Notes: a model not told the origin generated them from the letters alone. A stretch of DNA of 64,000 nt from Candidatus Electryonea clarkiae (GCA_030765455.1 JAVCCM010000101.1:28794-92793); one strand, 5' to 3'; shown: positions 39,314 to 51,300, counted from the stretch's first letter. A program made the numbers and translations.

Positions 39314-39751
39314 GTGAAATGACGACACTCCGTGTTATATAATGATAAAATTTGAAGGGAACTATCGGATAGTAAGAAGAGTATTTTACTATGTTCACGT
39401 TATCTTTTGGCGTGCGAGTCTCTTGAAATTCTATAATTACTTGACACTGCCGACAAGGTGAGACTATTTTGAAGTAGTTAATCCTACCAACACCCACAGG
39501 AGTTTAACCCGAAAATTTAGTTAAGGGTTTAGTCGAAATACTTTTTACCGCCAATTCGGTGCTTTAGAACCGAAAAATCCATGTTGTGTGCAAAATTCTG
39601 TTATTTTCAAAGATTAATAAGAACAATTATGACGAAATAATGCTATTGGATTGTATTTAATATCACTATATCATAACATTATCTGCAAATCCGATTATAC
39701 CGGATCAAATTATTGTAGATGACGATTATGATTGAAAAAATGGCAGTTATC

Positions 39752-42700
39752 ATGAGAAAGTTTAATATAGTTATTCCGGTTTTCCTGTTTTGCATTCCAG
39801 CAATGCTGTTTGCAACGACAGGACTCCGTGTAATTGAAGATACTCAGTCCGGTCTGGTGGTGAGAGTAACCCCTGATGACTGGCATCGATTCGAATTAGA
39901 AGATGGATTTATCCCTATTCCAGCTGGAGCAGGTGTTGATAACAGAGAAAATAGTCTGGCGGTTCCGTACTACCGCACTTTAATCGGATTGCCCTCTAAT
40001 AAATTACCGGCAATTCAGGTTGAGAAGATTCAATGGGGTGAGTGGGCTGCTGCTAATATTAAGGAAGGCAAAGAACAACCAAGAAATCAGCGTATTCCAG
40101 TACTGGATAACGGACAGCCTGTTATAGTCGGCAAGCCTTTTCTCTGGCGCGGCAAATGGGTTACGGATTTATATGTAATTCCTGTCCGGATAGATGGAAA
40201 AGGCGTTAGAAAGCTAAAAGATTTACAGGTGCGTGTAACATATAAAGGAAACAACCAGGGTGGATTATCGCAACCCGACAGGCTGTCAGACAAGATTCTC
40301 CTGAATCATGAAGCGTCAAGATTATGGTCTGCCGCTGAGTCAAAACCGTTATTTCGCCGTTCGCAATCCTGGGTTGAATATGATGAATTAATACGCATTG
40401 AAATTGAGGTTGAAGGTATTTATGAAATAAACCGTGAAACTTTGCTTCGTTCGGGTATAGATCTGGGCGGTTATGATCCGCGGAGTTTCAGGATTTATGG
40501 AAATGGCGGGTTTGTTCTTAACGAAAATATTGGCTCTTCCCGCGACAGCACATTGATTGAGAACGCAATTGTTGTTACCGGAGAGGACGACGGCTCCTGG
40601 GATGAAGGAGATAAAATACTCTTTTATGGACGCAGCGTGAACAGTTGGGATGCACATCAGCCGCCGGGAGAATACAGGCATTCAAATAATCCGTTTACGA
40701 TGCGAAATGTTTATTGGCTGGTAGTACCTCCATTAGGAAGTGCAGACGGGAAAAGGATGGAAACTATCGGTACAACCCGTCCGATCACATACGAGGCTAC
40801 GGTAGCACGTTCGAGAGTATTTTCCGAGAATGATAATTTTATTCATCATAGTATCGACAATCCGGAATCTGGAAAAAACTGGTATGCTGCTGACTTATAT
40901 GGCGGCGATAGATATACGACTAATTTTCAACTCGATCAACCTCACCCAGAACAAGAGGCGGTCTTGTTGCTTGGACAGAGAAGGATTCAACGTGATGGGA
41001 ATGCACTTATCAGGGTGCTGATAAATGGAATAGAAATAGAATCATATTCCTTGACAACAAGTGTGCATTCTATAGATATACCGGCGGGAGTGCTGAATTC
41101 AGGTTCCAATACGTTTTCTTACCAGGTTGAACGTGTAGATGCTGATAAACCCGGGCATAGCCTGTTCGACTGGTTTGAGATTAACTACCTGAGATCTTTT
41201 GAAACATCCCTGAGTTCAATTGCCTTTGATCAGCTTCCTGATGACGGTGTTGCAAGTATCAAGCTGCATGGCTTGGATGCACCCTGGGTATTCGATATAG
41301 AGGATTTTGAAGAAGTCCAACATATTCGGTCCGACAGTTTTGCAGTTGAAGCTCAAGTGACTCGGCCTCGAAGATACCTGGCAGTTTCAGATGGTGAATT
41401 TCTTACACCATCATATATATCAAGGGACGACATCGGGTATGGCGAATATCCTGACGGTCTTCGCGACCAATCATTAAATGCAGATTATTTAATGATTGTC
41501 CATCGCGATTTCTGGGAAACTGCCGCAGCGCTTGAAAGCTATATCGAGGAACGTGATAATATTGAAGTAATGAGAGTTCTTGTATCTGATATTTATGATG
41601 AATTTTCATGGGGGTTATTGGATCCCACAGCGATCAGGGATTTTCTGAAATATGCCCTATATGATTGGACGGACTCTGACCCGGTTACCTGTCTTTTCAT
41701 TGGTGATGGAGATTATGACTATCGTAATCTTATCCCCGGTGATGACAAGAACTTGATACCACCTTATGAAAACAACCAGGAATCGCGAGATGACTGGTTT
41801 GCAGAGTTCGACCCCTCCGGCGGCGAACCGGAATACATTATGGGGCGGCTTCCGTTTCAATCTAACCAGGAACTGGATAACTATGTCAATAAATTGATGT
41901 CCTATGAAAGCGATACGGAACGGGGAGCATGGCGGAACAGGGTTATTGTCGTAGCCGATGACGAATACGGTGAAGGTGGCCCAAATTCTTATGACAAAAC
42001 CCATTTGCAATATTCAGAAGCATTATCCCGTGATCACATTCCGAATTATGTAGAACTCGAGAAAATATATATTGGTACTTATCCGACTGAATTTGATCCG
42101 TCAACCGGTGAACGGCGTAAACCTCTTGCTACTCAAGAGTTGATCGAATCATTAAACCGGGGAGCATTGGTTGTAAATTACATGGGGCATGGGAATGCCC
42201 ATGTCTGGGCGCACGAATCTCTCCTTTTAGATACTCGCGACAACATTCTTATTAACAGCGGATTAAGAGAGCCGATATACGTCGCAGCCACTTGCTCCTG
42301 GGGACATTTTGACAGACCAAACAATGAAGCTTTTTTCGAAATGCTTTTAGGACGGAAGGGTGGAGCGATTGGCGCCGTTGCCGCCACAAGGAACACAAGT
42401 GGCTCTGGAAATTTAGTGTACGTCCAGGAATTTTATGCGCAGTTTTTTGACCGGATCAACAGGCGAACACTTGGTGAAAGTGTATTGCTTGCCAAGATAA
42501 ACGTTGAAGGGCCTACAAACCGTTATTATCATTGTTTCTCTGAACCAAACATGATTCCCGCTGTTCCCGGTCTTGACATGATAGTAACTGATATAAACCC
42601 GGACAGCCTTGTTGCGCTTCAAATCGGGAAAGTTCTTGGCGAGGTTCGTGAGATTAATGATGACAATCCGGTCACAGATTATAATGGCGAAGCAGTAGTA

Positions 42701-43618
42701 ACTGTTTTTGACAGTTATGATTCTTTAACCTACACATTCTTTGACGGCTCTACTATGAGTTACAGGATGCCGGGCGGGATCCTCTTCAGAGGTCGCTCGA
42801 CAGTCGGAAGCGGCGACTTTCTTTCAACCTTCATGGTTCCTCGAGATGTTAGTTATGGTTCTTCTGACAGTTGGATCCAGATGTTCGCATCTGACGGCAA
42901 TAAGGATGCTGTAGGCTCAAAACAGGGTGTAGAGATCGCTGCGATCTATGCGGATGAATTTGGCGACAATACTCCACCCGAGATCAATATTTATTTTGAT
43001 CACCGTGGTTGGCAGGATGGTGACATGACTACTCCACAACCAACACTGATAATTGATCTGGTCGATACAAGCGGTATTAATTTGACCAGTGAAATCGGGC
43101 ATGATATCAAAACGGTGGTGGATCCGGGAAAAGCGAATGAGATAACCTATAATCTCACCGAAGATTTTATTTATGAACGTGATAGTTATACTCGTGGAAC
43201 GGCTGAGCATATCATCACTGGATTGGGAGACGGCAGACACGAGCTTGAGGTCTGGGCATGGGACAATGCTAACAATATGGCTCGCAAGGAAATTCTGTTT
43301 ATTACGATAGGATCTGGCGAGGATGTCAGGCTTGAGAATGTAGTTAATGTTCCGAATCCTTTCGAAGAGAGGACTCATTTTACATTCGAAGCTATTGGTG
43401 CGGATGAAGCAGTGATAAAAATTTACACAGCGAGCGGTCGCCATATAAAAACCATAGGTCCACAAACAATTTACAATGGTTTCAATTATATAGAATGGGA
43501 TGGGTTTGACCATTATAATGATCAAATCGCAAACGGCGTTTATCTTTATAAAGTAAAAGTAACAGATTCCTCCGGTCATGAAGACGAATCTATTGGGAAA
43601 CTGCTTCGTATCCGTTAA
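39752..43618 (+). CDS. porU: Type IX secretion sortase PorU-like (peptidase C25)
   Basis: FRIYGNGG, ILFYG, IYDEFSWG..DPTAIRDF, GDGDYD, catalytic NYMGHG and ATC, D.SGIN, WDNANN and C-terminal CTD (PNPF...ANGVYLY). Start could be 39719-39752. Confidence 0.85.
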   Translation: MRKFNIVIPVFLFCIPAMLFATTGLRVIEDTQSGLVVRVTPDDWHRFELEDGFIPIPAGAGVDNRENSLAVPYYRTLIGLPSNKLPAIQVEKIQWGEWAAANIKEGKEQPRNQRIPVLDNGQPVIVGKPFLWRGKWVTDLYVIPVRIDGKGVRKLKDLQVRVTYKGNNQGGLSQPDRLSDKILLNHEASRLWSAAESKPLFRRSQSWVEYDELIRIEIEVEGIYEINRETLLRSGIDLGGYDPRSFRIYGNGGFVLNENIGSSRDSTLIENAIVVTGEDDGSWDEGDKILFYGRSVNSWDAHQPPGEYRHSNNPFTMRNVYWLVVPPLGSADGKRMETIGTTRPITYEATVARSRVFSENDNFIHHSIDNPESGKNWYAADLYGGDRYTTNFQLDQPHPEQEAVLLLGQRRIQRDGNALIRVLINGIEIESYSLTTSVHSIDIPAGVLNSGSNTFSYQVERVDADKPGHSLFDWFEINYLRSFETSLSSIAFDQLPDDGVASIKLHGLDAPWVFDIEDFEEVQHIRSDSFAVEAQVTRPRRYLAVSDGEFLTPSYISRDDIGYGEYPDGLRDQSLNADYLMIVHRDFWETAAALESYIEERDNIEVMRVLVSDIYDEFSWGLLDPTAIRDFLKYALYDWTDSDPVTCLFIGDGDYDYRNLIPGDDKNLIPPYENNQESRDDWFAEFDPSGGEPEYIMGRLPFQSNQELDNYVNKLMSYESDTERGAWRNRVIVVADDEYGEGGPNSYDKTHLQYSEALSRDHIPNYVELEKIYIGTYPTEFDPSTGERRKPLATQELIESLNRGALVVNYMGHGNAHVWAHESLLLDTRDNILINSGLREPIYVAATCSWGHFDRPNNEAFFEMLLGRKGGAIGAVAATRNTSGSGNLVYVQEFYAQFFDRINRRTLGESVLLAKINVEGPTNRYYHCFSEPNMIPAVPGLDMIVTDINPDSLVALQIGKVLGEVREINDDNPVTDYNGEAVVTVFDSYDSLTYTFFDGSTMSYRMPGGILFRGRSTVGSGDFLSTFMVPRDVSYGSSDSWIQMFASDGNKDAVGSKQGVEIAAIYADEFGDNTPPEINIYFDHRGWQDGDMTTPQPTLIIDLVDTSGINLTSEIGHDIKTVVDPGKANEITYNLTEDFIYERDSYTRGTAEHIITGLGDGRHELEVWAWDNANNMARKEILFITIGSGEDVRLENVVNVPNPFEERTHFTFEAIGADEAVIKIYTASGRHIKTIGPQTIYNGFNYIEWDGFDHYNDQIANGVYLYKVKVTDSSGHEDESIGKLLRIR

Positions 43619-43879
43619 CTTACGAAGTTAGGCACAAGTACGGTAGAAAAGAATTTTCAGTATTTGCTGTTTTAAATTGAACTTGTATTATGATAGATAT
43701 TCTTGCGGTAGTCTGTGTAATTGGCTTGTATAAGTAAAATATAAACAGGTCTGTAATTTGCTGTAACTATTGATTAAGGTATTCAGCAAATTCATTTCTG
43801 AGACTGGATTTGGATTTTCTTTGGAAATACTCTGGATATAAGGTTCAGGGGATTGGTAATATTATAGATAGGTCATTTA

Positions 43880-45013
43880 GTGAACATTTATTCTCAAAGA
43901 TACATGGGGCGAAATATGGGTAGGAAAGCTGTTCTTCGTGAACGCGCTCATGTGATTGTTATAGCGCTTGTAGTATTGCTGTGTACGTTTACCGCGGTAA
44001 AAGATGCCGCCGCTGTTTCTGTTTCACAGGCAGGTGTTCTATTCCTTAAAATCAGTCCGGGCGCTCGTCCCGGTGGAATGGGCGAAGCATTTGTAGCAGT
44101 TGCCGATGACGCAACAGCTACCTGGTGGAATCCAGCCGGATTGGCATATCAGGATCATAATGAGTTGACACTGATGCATGTTAATTGGCTGCCGCAATTC
44201 AAGCTCGAAGATCTTTACTACGATTTCATCAGTTATGTGCACTTAGTTCCCGAGTGGGGGACTTTTGGCGGCAATCTCGTTTTTCTGAATCTGGGCGAAA
44301 CAGAACGGCGAGGCGAGAACAATGAATATCTTGGCACATTTTCCTCTTATGAATATGCCGTAACAGGCAGCTATGGTTCATTGATGACGGAAAAGCTGGC
44401 TCTTGGTGTTAATATGCGATTCATTTATAGTCATCTTTCCGACAGAGGTGCCGGTGCGGAACAGGGTTCTGGAGTCGCAACGTCCATAGGGGTTGATATT
44501 GGTATGATTGCAAAAGGTCCGTTTGGATCCTGGTATGATCCTCTTGAACGTCTTGACTTAGGTGCAAATTTATCCAATATGGGACCAAAGGTCGCATATA
44601 TAGATCGTGCCCAGGCTGATCCACTTCCCACAAACCTTAAGTTCGGATTCGCCTATCATGTGGTTGACAGTCCTTATAATAAATTGTCTCTCATCGGCGA
44701 TGTTAATAAAGAACTTGTTCGCCGGGATGACAAGGGTGACTCTGATCCGTTTTATCTTGCACTGGTTTCCGCATGGGGTGATGGGCCATTCTTTCCAACG
44801 ATGATTTATAATGCCGGGATAGAGTACTGGTACAGTGATCTTATAGCATTGCGAGGTGGGTACTGGAATGATGATCTCGGCAAGATCTGGCCAATAACAT
44901 TCGGCGCCAGTCTGCAATATTCTCTTTACAGATTCGATTTCTCATACATTCATGCCGGTGAAGGTCATCCCCTGCAGGATACAATGCGATTCAGCCTTTC
45001 AATAGGGTTCTGA
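43880..45013 (+). CDS. porV: PorV-family outer membrane beta-barrel
   Basis: FLKISPGARPGGMGEAFVA.ADD..A..WNPAGL, NMGPK, PLPTNL and C-terminal RFSLSIGF; follows porU. Start may be 43904 or 43916. Confidence 0.85.
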   Translation: MNIYSQRYMGRNMGRKAVLRERAHVIVIALVVLLCTFTAVKDAAAVSVSQAGVLFLKISPGARPGGMGEAFVAVADDATATWWNPAGLAYQDHNELTLMHVNWLPQFKLEDLYYDFISYVHLVPEWGTFGGNLVFLNLGETERRGENNEYLGTFSSYEYAVTGSYGSLMTEKLALGVNMRFIYSHLSDRGAGAEQGSGVATSIGVDIGMIAKGPFGSWYDPLERLDLGANLSNMGPKVAYIDRAQADPLPTNLKFGFAYHVVDSPYNKLSLIGDVNKELVRRDDKGDSDPFYLALVSAWGDGPFFPTMIYNAGIEYWYSDLIALRGGYWNDDLGKIWPITFGASLQYSLYRFDFSYIHAGEGHPLQDTMRFSLSIGF

Positions 45014-45170
45014 TAAATTTTGTGTTGAGTTTTTGAGAAGATATCAAAAGGTAGAAAATTGAAACGACCCTGTTCTTTGGAAATCCTGGGGGGGTAGTTG
45101 TACCGGGGCTTCCAAACGATTCGGGGCAGAACAAGAGCAGCTTGACAACCTTAGGATTTATCACCCCGAT

Positions 45171-48100
45171 ATGAAATTTCTGTTCCAAAAAAATCTCGCT
45201 GGTATTATTTTCTTGTGTGTGTTTTTCACTACATCGCATTTATTGTATGGAAAAAACATTGATGATAAACTAAACCTCAATCTGTTCCAAACGCTTGGTT
45301 CCCAGGAGCAAAGTTTTAATTTCAATTCAGTTAATGACATTAGACGAGATTATCTGGCAGAGACCCTGACAATAATCGCAATTCGTGTGGATTTTTTGCC
45401 GGACACCCTTGCCACGACTACCGGGACCGGTTCATTCTTTTATGAGCTTCCGGATTCTATCGAACCGGAAGAATGGCAGATTGATCCACCTCCTCACGAC
45501 AAACAATATTTCAAAGATCAAATTCTTGCGCTGCATAATTATTTCAAACGGTTCAGTCGCGGAAAACTTAATATTGTTGGGAAAATATATCCTGAAGAAG
45601 ACCAGGACGCTTACACACTTGACTATCCAATCTGGCATATTAATTATGGCGATGATGACAATGACCGTCTTAATCGTACCCTTACTGAGTTGTTTGTTGA
45701 TTCATGGGAAGCAGCCCGTGAAGATCTTGAAGCTGATGGTGTTACTGTAAACGATTCGACTCTCTTCGTCATTTTTCACGCCGGAGCAGGGAACGAATTT
45801 GATACCGGTTTTGATACCACTCCACATGATATCCCTTCTGTTTACATTGGTCCGGAGGATCTGGAAACTTTTGCTGATCTCCCTGATGCCGGAATTCCCC
45901 TGGGAAATGACCTGATTACACGTGGAGTAATTTTGCCCGAAACACAACGTCAGGGTGATGTTGAAGTTGGAATGATCGGGACAATATGCACACAGGTCGG
46001 TTTTTTAATGGGTATGCGACATCTTTATCAACCTGATACCGGCGATCCGGGAATAGGGTTGTTAGGATTAATGGATCGTGGATTCGGTGGTTTTTTCGGA
46101 TTCGGTCCTATTCCACCAAGTGTCTGGGCAAGAGCTTACATGGGGTGGGACAGCGTAAAGGTTGTAGAGGAAGGACCAATCGAACTTATCGCCCAGCAAT
46201 GGCTTGATACACTTTTTACTGAACCGGATACTAATTATCATCTGGTAAAAGTACCAATCAATAATGATGAATATTATCTGCTTGAAGCCAGGCTTCGTGA
46301 TCCTGAAGAAGACAGTGTGACTGTTGCTTACGACCGTGATGGTCGCCGATTGACCATGAATTACGATTATTCCTTTGAAACCGGTGATGGTTTTCGTGTA
46401 CCGGTATGGGTAGAAGATCATGATTTCGACTTTCCATCAAGCGGCATTCTTATCTGGCATATTGACGAGAGTGTGATCAGGGAAAAAATCGATGAAGACC
46501 GTATACAGGAAGATCGTAATCGCAGGGGCGTCTCCCTTGAGGAAGCTGATGGAAGTGAAGATATCGGCGAGGATTATCCATTCCTAACACCAGGTGATGG
46601 TGCCGAATACGGAGTGCGCGAAGACGCCTGGTACGCGGGGAACAAAGTATGGCAGCTTGCAAACAATAATGCTCGCGATGTGGTTTTCGGACCCTATACC
46701 AATCCTTCAACAGCAGCAAATTCAGGTGGAGCAAGCCATATAATATTCGAAAATTTCACTGTTCTCGGCGATACTATGTCCTGTGAAGTAAGCAATGCAT
46801 GGAAGCAGGGCAATTTTCCACAGAATTTAGACTGGAATCCCGGAAGCCAGGTATCGTCCACATTCGCCGACTTGACAGGTGATGGGATTGATGAATTGGT
46901 TCTGTATGATTCAAAAGGGAAGATCCGGTTTTTCTATGGCGACGGTTCGATGCCTTTTAACATTGATCAGACCTATGATCTACCTATAAACAAGATATCT
47001 CATCTTATTGCTGCTGACCTGGATAATGATGGATCGGATGAATTGATCATCGCTGGAGATGCAACGCTTCTGATTCAAAAATATTCTGACGCCGGCGTTT
47101 TGGTAAATGAGGGTGATCCATTTCAATTTGGTCAGCAGGAAATGATATCGTTGACGATTTCAGGACCAGAGGTAGAGCCGGTTATAAATGTAGCATTGAA
47201 AAATCAAAATGAGGATATATGCCGGATTTATTCCATTTATCGTGATCCTGCCGGATATAATCATAGATATATCCAGATTCCTGCAACAGCCCATCTCAGA
47301 TTCGCATTGCTCGGTAGTGAATGGACTGATACGCTTGCAGTGGTTGACAACAAGGGAAATTTGTCGATATACAGAGTCGAAAGTTTCCAGGAGCCATCTG
47401 AATTATTCAGGACTCCAAATACCGAACCATTTGAAACAATCAATTATCTCATATCTGGTGATTTCGATGGCGATAACATGTGGGATATAATGGCATCTGC
47501 ATCCAACGGTAATTTGATTTTCTGGTGGGGAACGGAGGATTGGAGCGAGCCTCATGTTCATCAACTCGAAAAACAGTTATGGAAATACACTGCTTTTGAT
47601 ATTGATGACGACGGTGTAGTAGAACCGGTAGGTATTAGCGGAGATTTTCCGGTAGAAGTGGTTGGAATTGAACCCGGTGGAATTTTCTCCGAGGATACAC
47701 CGATAAGGCTCCCGGAAGGAACACATGCTTCAGGTGCATCTCCCTTAATAATAAATCAGGGTAACCGTCAAAATAAGCTAATGATTTGCGCTGCTCAACT
47801 TGACGATACACTTGGACATGGTGTTGTCGCTACAAATCTTCATTTGAAACGACCTCTTTCCGGCTTCCCGCTTGATTATGGGAGTAATCAGACTAATCTA
47901 AAAATTACAATCGGTCAGATTGATGATGACAGCGATATTGAATTAGTTATGACTTCAATCGCTTCCGGAGGTTTGAAAGTAATCAACATTCCATCCGACC
48001 CAGGAACGTCACATGAAATTCTATGGGGCATGGAAGGCGGCAATCCCCGGCATACATATCATATTTTTTCTTCACCTTCTTCAGTTTCAGGTCTGTCTTC

Positions 48101-48368
48101 AACGGATCTTGAAAATTCATACTGTTGGCCCAATCCGGTGATAGAAGATGTGGCGCATTTTCGGTTCCAGTCAAATTCATCTGGAAATGCGGAAATAAAA
48201 GTCTTCGATCTTGTCGGACGAGAAGTACTCGTGAAGAAGCAGGCAGCAAGGCTTGGAAACGATCAGGAGATTGCCCTCGATGTCAGCAACCTCCCGAGTG
48301 GTGTATATTTAGCCAGGCTTGAGGTAGGTAGCAATTCTACTTTAATACGGTTTGCGGTGGTGCAATAG
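45171..48368 (+). CDS. Secreted T9SS-CTD protein: M6-metalloprotease-like domain lacking HExxH, plus FG-GAP/VCBS repeats
   Basis: IRVDF, FHAGAG, GLMD.G, YYLLE.R, GILIWHID, LEEADG; DLTGDGIDE and DLDNDGSDE repeats; C-terminal WPNPV...LPSGVY. Confidence 0.8.
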   Translation: MKFLFQKNLAGIIFLCVFFTTSHLLYGKNIDDKLNLNLFQTLGSQEQSFNFNSVNDIRRDYLAETLTIIAIRVDFLPDTLATTTGTGSFFYELPDSIEPEEWQIDPPPHDKQYFKDQILALHNYFKRFSRGKLNIVGKIYPEEDQDAYTLDYPIWHINYGDDDNDRLNRTLTELFVDSWEAAREDLEADGVTVNDSTLFVIFHAGAGNEFDTGFDTTPHDIPSVYIGPEDLETFADLPDAGIPLGNDLITRGVILPETQRQGDVEVGMIGTICTQVGFLMGMRHLYQPDTGDPGIGLLGLMDRGFGGFFGFGPIPPSVWARAYMGWDSVKVVEEGPIELIAQQWLDTLFTEPDTNYHLVKVPINNDEYYLLEARLRDPEEDSVTVAYDRDGRRLTMNYDYSFETGDGFRVPVWVEDHDFDFPSSGILIWHIDESVIREKIDEDRIQEDRNRRGVSLEEADGSEDIGEDYPFLTPGDGAEYGVREDAWYAGNKVWQLANNNARDVVFGPYTNPSTAANSGGASHIIFENFTVLGDTMSCEVSNAWKQGNFPQNLDWNPGSQVSSTFADLTGDGIDELVLYDSKGKIRFFYGDGSMPFNIDQTYDLPINKISHLIAADLDNDGSDELIIAGDATLLIQKYSDAGVLVNEGDPFQFGQQEMISLTISGPEVEPVINVALKNQNEDICRIYSIYRDPAGYNHRYIQIPATAHLRFALLGSEWTDTLAVVDNKGNLSIYRVESFQEPSELFRTPNTEPFETINYLISGDFDGDNMWDIMASASNGNLIFWWGTEDWSEPHVHQLEKQLWKYTAFDIDDDGVVEPVGISGDFPVEVVGIEPGGIFSEDTPIRLPEGTHASGASPLIINQGNRQNKLMICAAQLDDTLGHGVVATNLHLKRPLSGFPLDYGSNQTNLKITIGQIDDDSDIELVMTSIASGGLKVINIPSDPGTSHEILWGMEGGNPRHTYHIFSSPSSVSGLSSTDLENSYCWPNPVIEDVAHFRFQSNSSGNAEIKVFDLVGREVLVKKQAARLGNDQEIALDVSNLPSGVYLARLEVGSNSTLIRFAVVQ

Positions 48369-48371
48369 ATT

Positions 48372-51300
48372 ATGAAAACGATTATAGAAAAAGAGTTTTA
48401 TGCAATAAACATAATATCGCATCTAATTCATGTCATCATTAGTACTGCGATTCATCTGATTCAGTGCGTTGTCATTCCTGCGAAGGCGGGAATCCAGAGA
48501 GCGAGCATTATTGTGAAATTGAACTTTCTGGATTCCCGCCTTCGCGGGAATGACATCTCGATTGAGCGGAATTGGTGTACTATCACTGTTTCAATGATTT
48601 TTGGATTTGTTCTTGCCATATCAAACGTTTCCGCTCAACCTCTCGATGCGAACCATCCGGAGCTTCTCTGGAATACTTTTGAGACAGACCATTTTGTGGT
48701 TCATTATCATGATGGCGCGGAACGAACTGCCAATGTTATTGCAAAAATCGCAGAGGAAATTCATCCGAAAATCACCGGATTGTACGGATATGAACCGGAC
48801 ACGAAGTTCCATTTTATCGTAAAGGATACAGACGACTACGCCAACGGAGCAGCATATTATTACAACAATAAAATGCTTATATGGTGTACCGCACTGGATT
48901 ATGACCTGAGGGGCACGACTAACTGGCTGCGAAATGTTATTACACATGAATACACCCACATCATCCAGCTGGGTGCCGCCAGGAAAGCGCCTCGACCGAT
49001 GCCTGCTTTTTATTTCCAGTGGATCGATTATGAATTTGAGAAGCGGCCTGATGTTTTGTATGGATACCCCAACATTCTCGCCAGTTATCCCATAGCAATG
49101 ACTACAATTCCGATGTGGTTCGCAGAAGGAACAGCACAGGCGAATGTACCGGAGCTTGAATATGATTATTGGGACAGCCACCGGGATATGCAGCTTCGAA
49201 TGCGGGCTTTGAATGATTCCCTGCTCCCTCTGAATGATATGGAAGTTTTCGGTAAAACCAGCCTTGGAAATGAAGGAGTGTATAATCACGGTTTCAGTCT
49301 GGTGCTATATATCACACAGAAATATGGGGCAGATGCCCTGAGTGATATGACACAAGAAATGAAAAAGTTGCATCGCGTTGATTTTAACAAAGCTATTGAA
49401 GCAGCGATTGGAATTGACGGATGGCAGCTTCATGAAGAGTGGGCTTCTTATCTAAAAGACAACTATCTGCAAAAGTCTGAAATAATCAGTGCGAATGAAG
49501 TAACCGGGCGTGATTTCGAATCTGAAGGTTATGCAAACCTTTATCCGAAATGGAGTTCGGATAATGAATACATTTACTACTCCTCTAACAGGGGCAAAGA
49601 CTATTTAACCAGCAGAAGCATCTGGCGAAAATCTTTAGAAACAGGGAAAGCAGAAAAGATTGCCCCGGAAGTAAACAGCCCTTTTGACATTACCGCTGAT
49701 GGCAAATGGATGGTTTATAGCCAGATAGTACGACAAAAGAATGAGAGCTATTACGCAGATATCTACCTCCGTGACCTGGAGAAAGAGAAGCAGATTCGTC
49801 TCACACGGTCTGCCCGTGCGATGGAGCCATCTTTTTCGCCGGACGAAAAAAGTCTTGTGTTTGTGCTGAATAAGGATGGAACAAAAAATATCGCTGCTTT
49901 GGAATTACCTGATAGGGAGGAATGGCGCAAAATTAAACCGGTGACCTCTGACAGCATAACTCATATTACAGATTACCGGGACGGCACTCAATGCTGGAGA
50001 CCGCGTTTCAGCCCGAACGGTGAACAAATAGTGTACTCTATGGGACGTGACATAGGACGCGAAATTGTGCTGATAAATCCTGACGGCAAGAATCGACAGA
50101 TAATTATTGACGGTCCCGGCGACCAGAGAGATCCTGCCTGGTCGTCCGATGGTAATGAAATATATTATGTTTCAGATGAAACAGGTATTTATAATCTATA
50201 TAAATATTCTCTGAATGATGAATCCACCATCGCGCTGTCCAATGTCGTCGGTAGTGCATTTATGCCAAACGTAAGAGAAGATGGCGATATCGTTTATACT
50301 GAATTTACCGGGCGAGGATTCGAGCTTCGTATTCTTGATCCAACAGGGCCGGTCGATAGGTTCAAGATGATTTACGATCAGGATTTTATCGAGAATATTC
50401 CAGAGATTACTTTTGATGACACTGACATTGACACTGCTGAGACGGTAGGATACGAGAATCCATTTGAAAATATCTTTGTAGTACCTCGCCTGGCAATGGA
50501 TTATAACACATTCAAGCCAGGAGTTTATCTCTTTAGCAGCGATGTGCTTGAAAGATTGTTCATGCTTGCAGGATTTTCGATTAACCAAAAAACAGAATTT
50601 GACGCATTTGCATTATTTGATTTCAAAGCTCTGCGCCCAACCATTTTCCTTGAAGGATATTATATCAAACGTACTGACGACGCTCGTTTTGAAGACCCGT
50701 ACGTCATTGTAGATGAAAAGCCGGGACCAGAACCCGTTTTTGATACTTATGGTGTTGATTATTCTTTTCATTTAATAGAGGTTGATGGTGGAGCCCGGTG
50801 GAGGCTTTTCACCCCTGTGAGCCTCGAGGCGCGTGGGGTATGGAGTCGTTACCAGGCATACCTGAATTTTGAGGATCTTAGCTCGATTCATTATACTTAT
50901 TTCATAGGAAGATATTTACAAGCCAGGCTGGACGCTGATTTAACGGTGCCAATGGTAAAAGGAAATGTTCATCCCAGGAAAGGTTGGGCTGGCCAGCTAA
51001 CAGCGGCATATGAGAATAACAAGTTCTTTGACGGTTTCGAAGTGAACCTTGACAAGTTTACCTTGCAGGAAAAGTATATTCCTTATAAATACTGGCGATT
51101 GGAAACCGATGTTACCGGTTGGTGGAATCCGGTTGGAAAATTAGTGTTTCAGCCCCGTTTCAGGGGTGGTTACCTTGATAAACAGGTTGATCCATTTATG
51201 CATCTTTATTCCGGCGGCTTGCATGGAATGCGGGGATACAGTTACTATAGCCTTGGCGGAACAAGAAAAATAATTGGTTCATTGGCATTACGACATCCAA

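Noticed and set aside
45060..45140. GC-rich hairpin between porV and the next gene as SRP RNA or another ncRNA
   Set aside because: It lacks the SRP domain IV signature (CAGG...GNRA...AGCAG); only an imperfect hairpin is visible.
42917..49289. Long antisense ORFs 42917-43579 and 48621-49289, and similar short nested ORFs throughout the track
   Set aside because: They lie wholly opposite well-supported genes and have no motifs or RBS.
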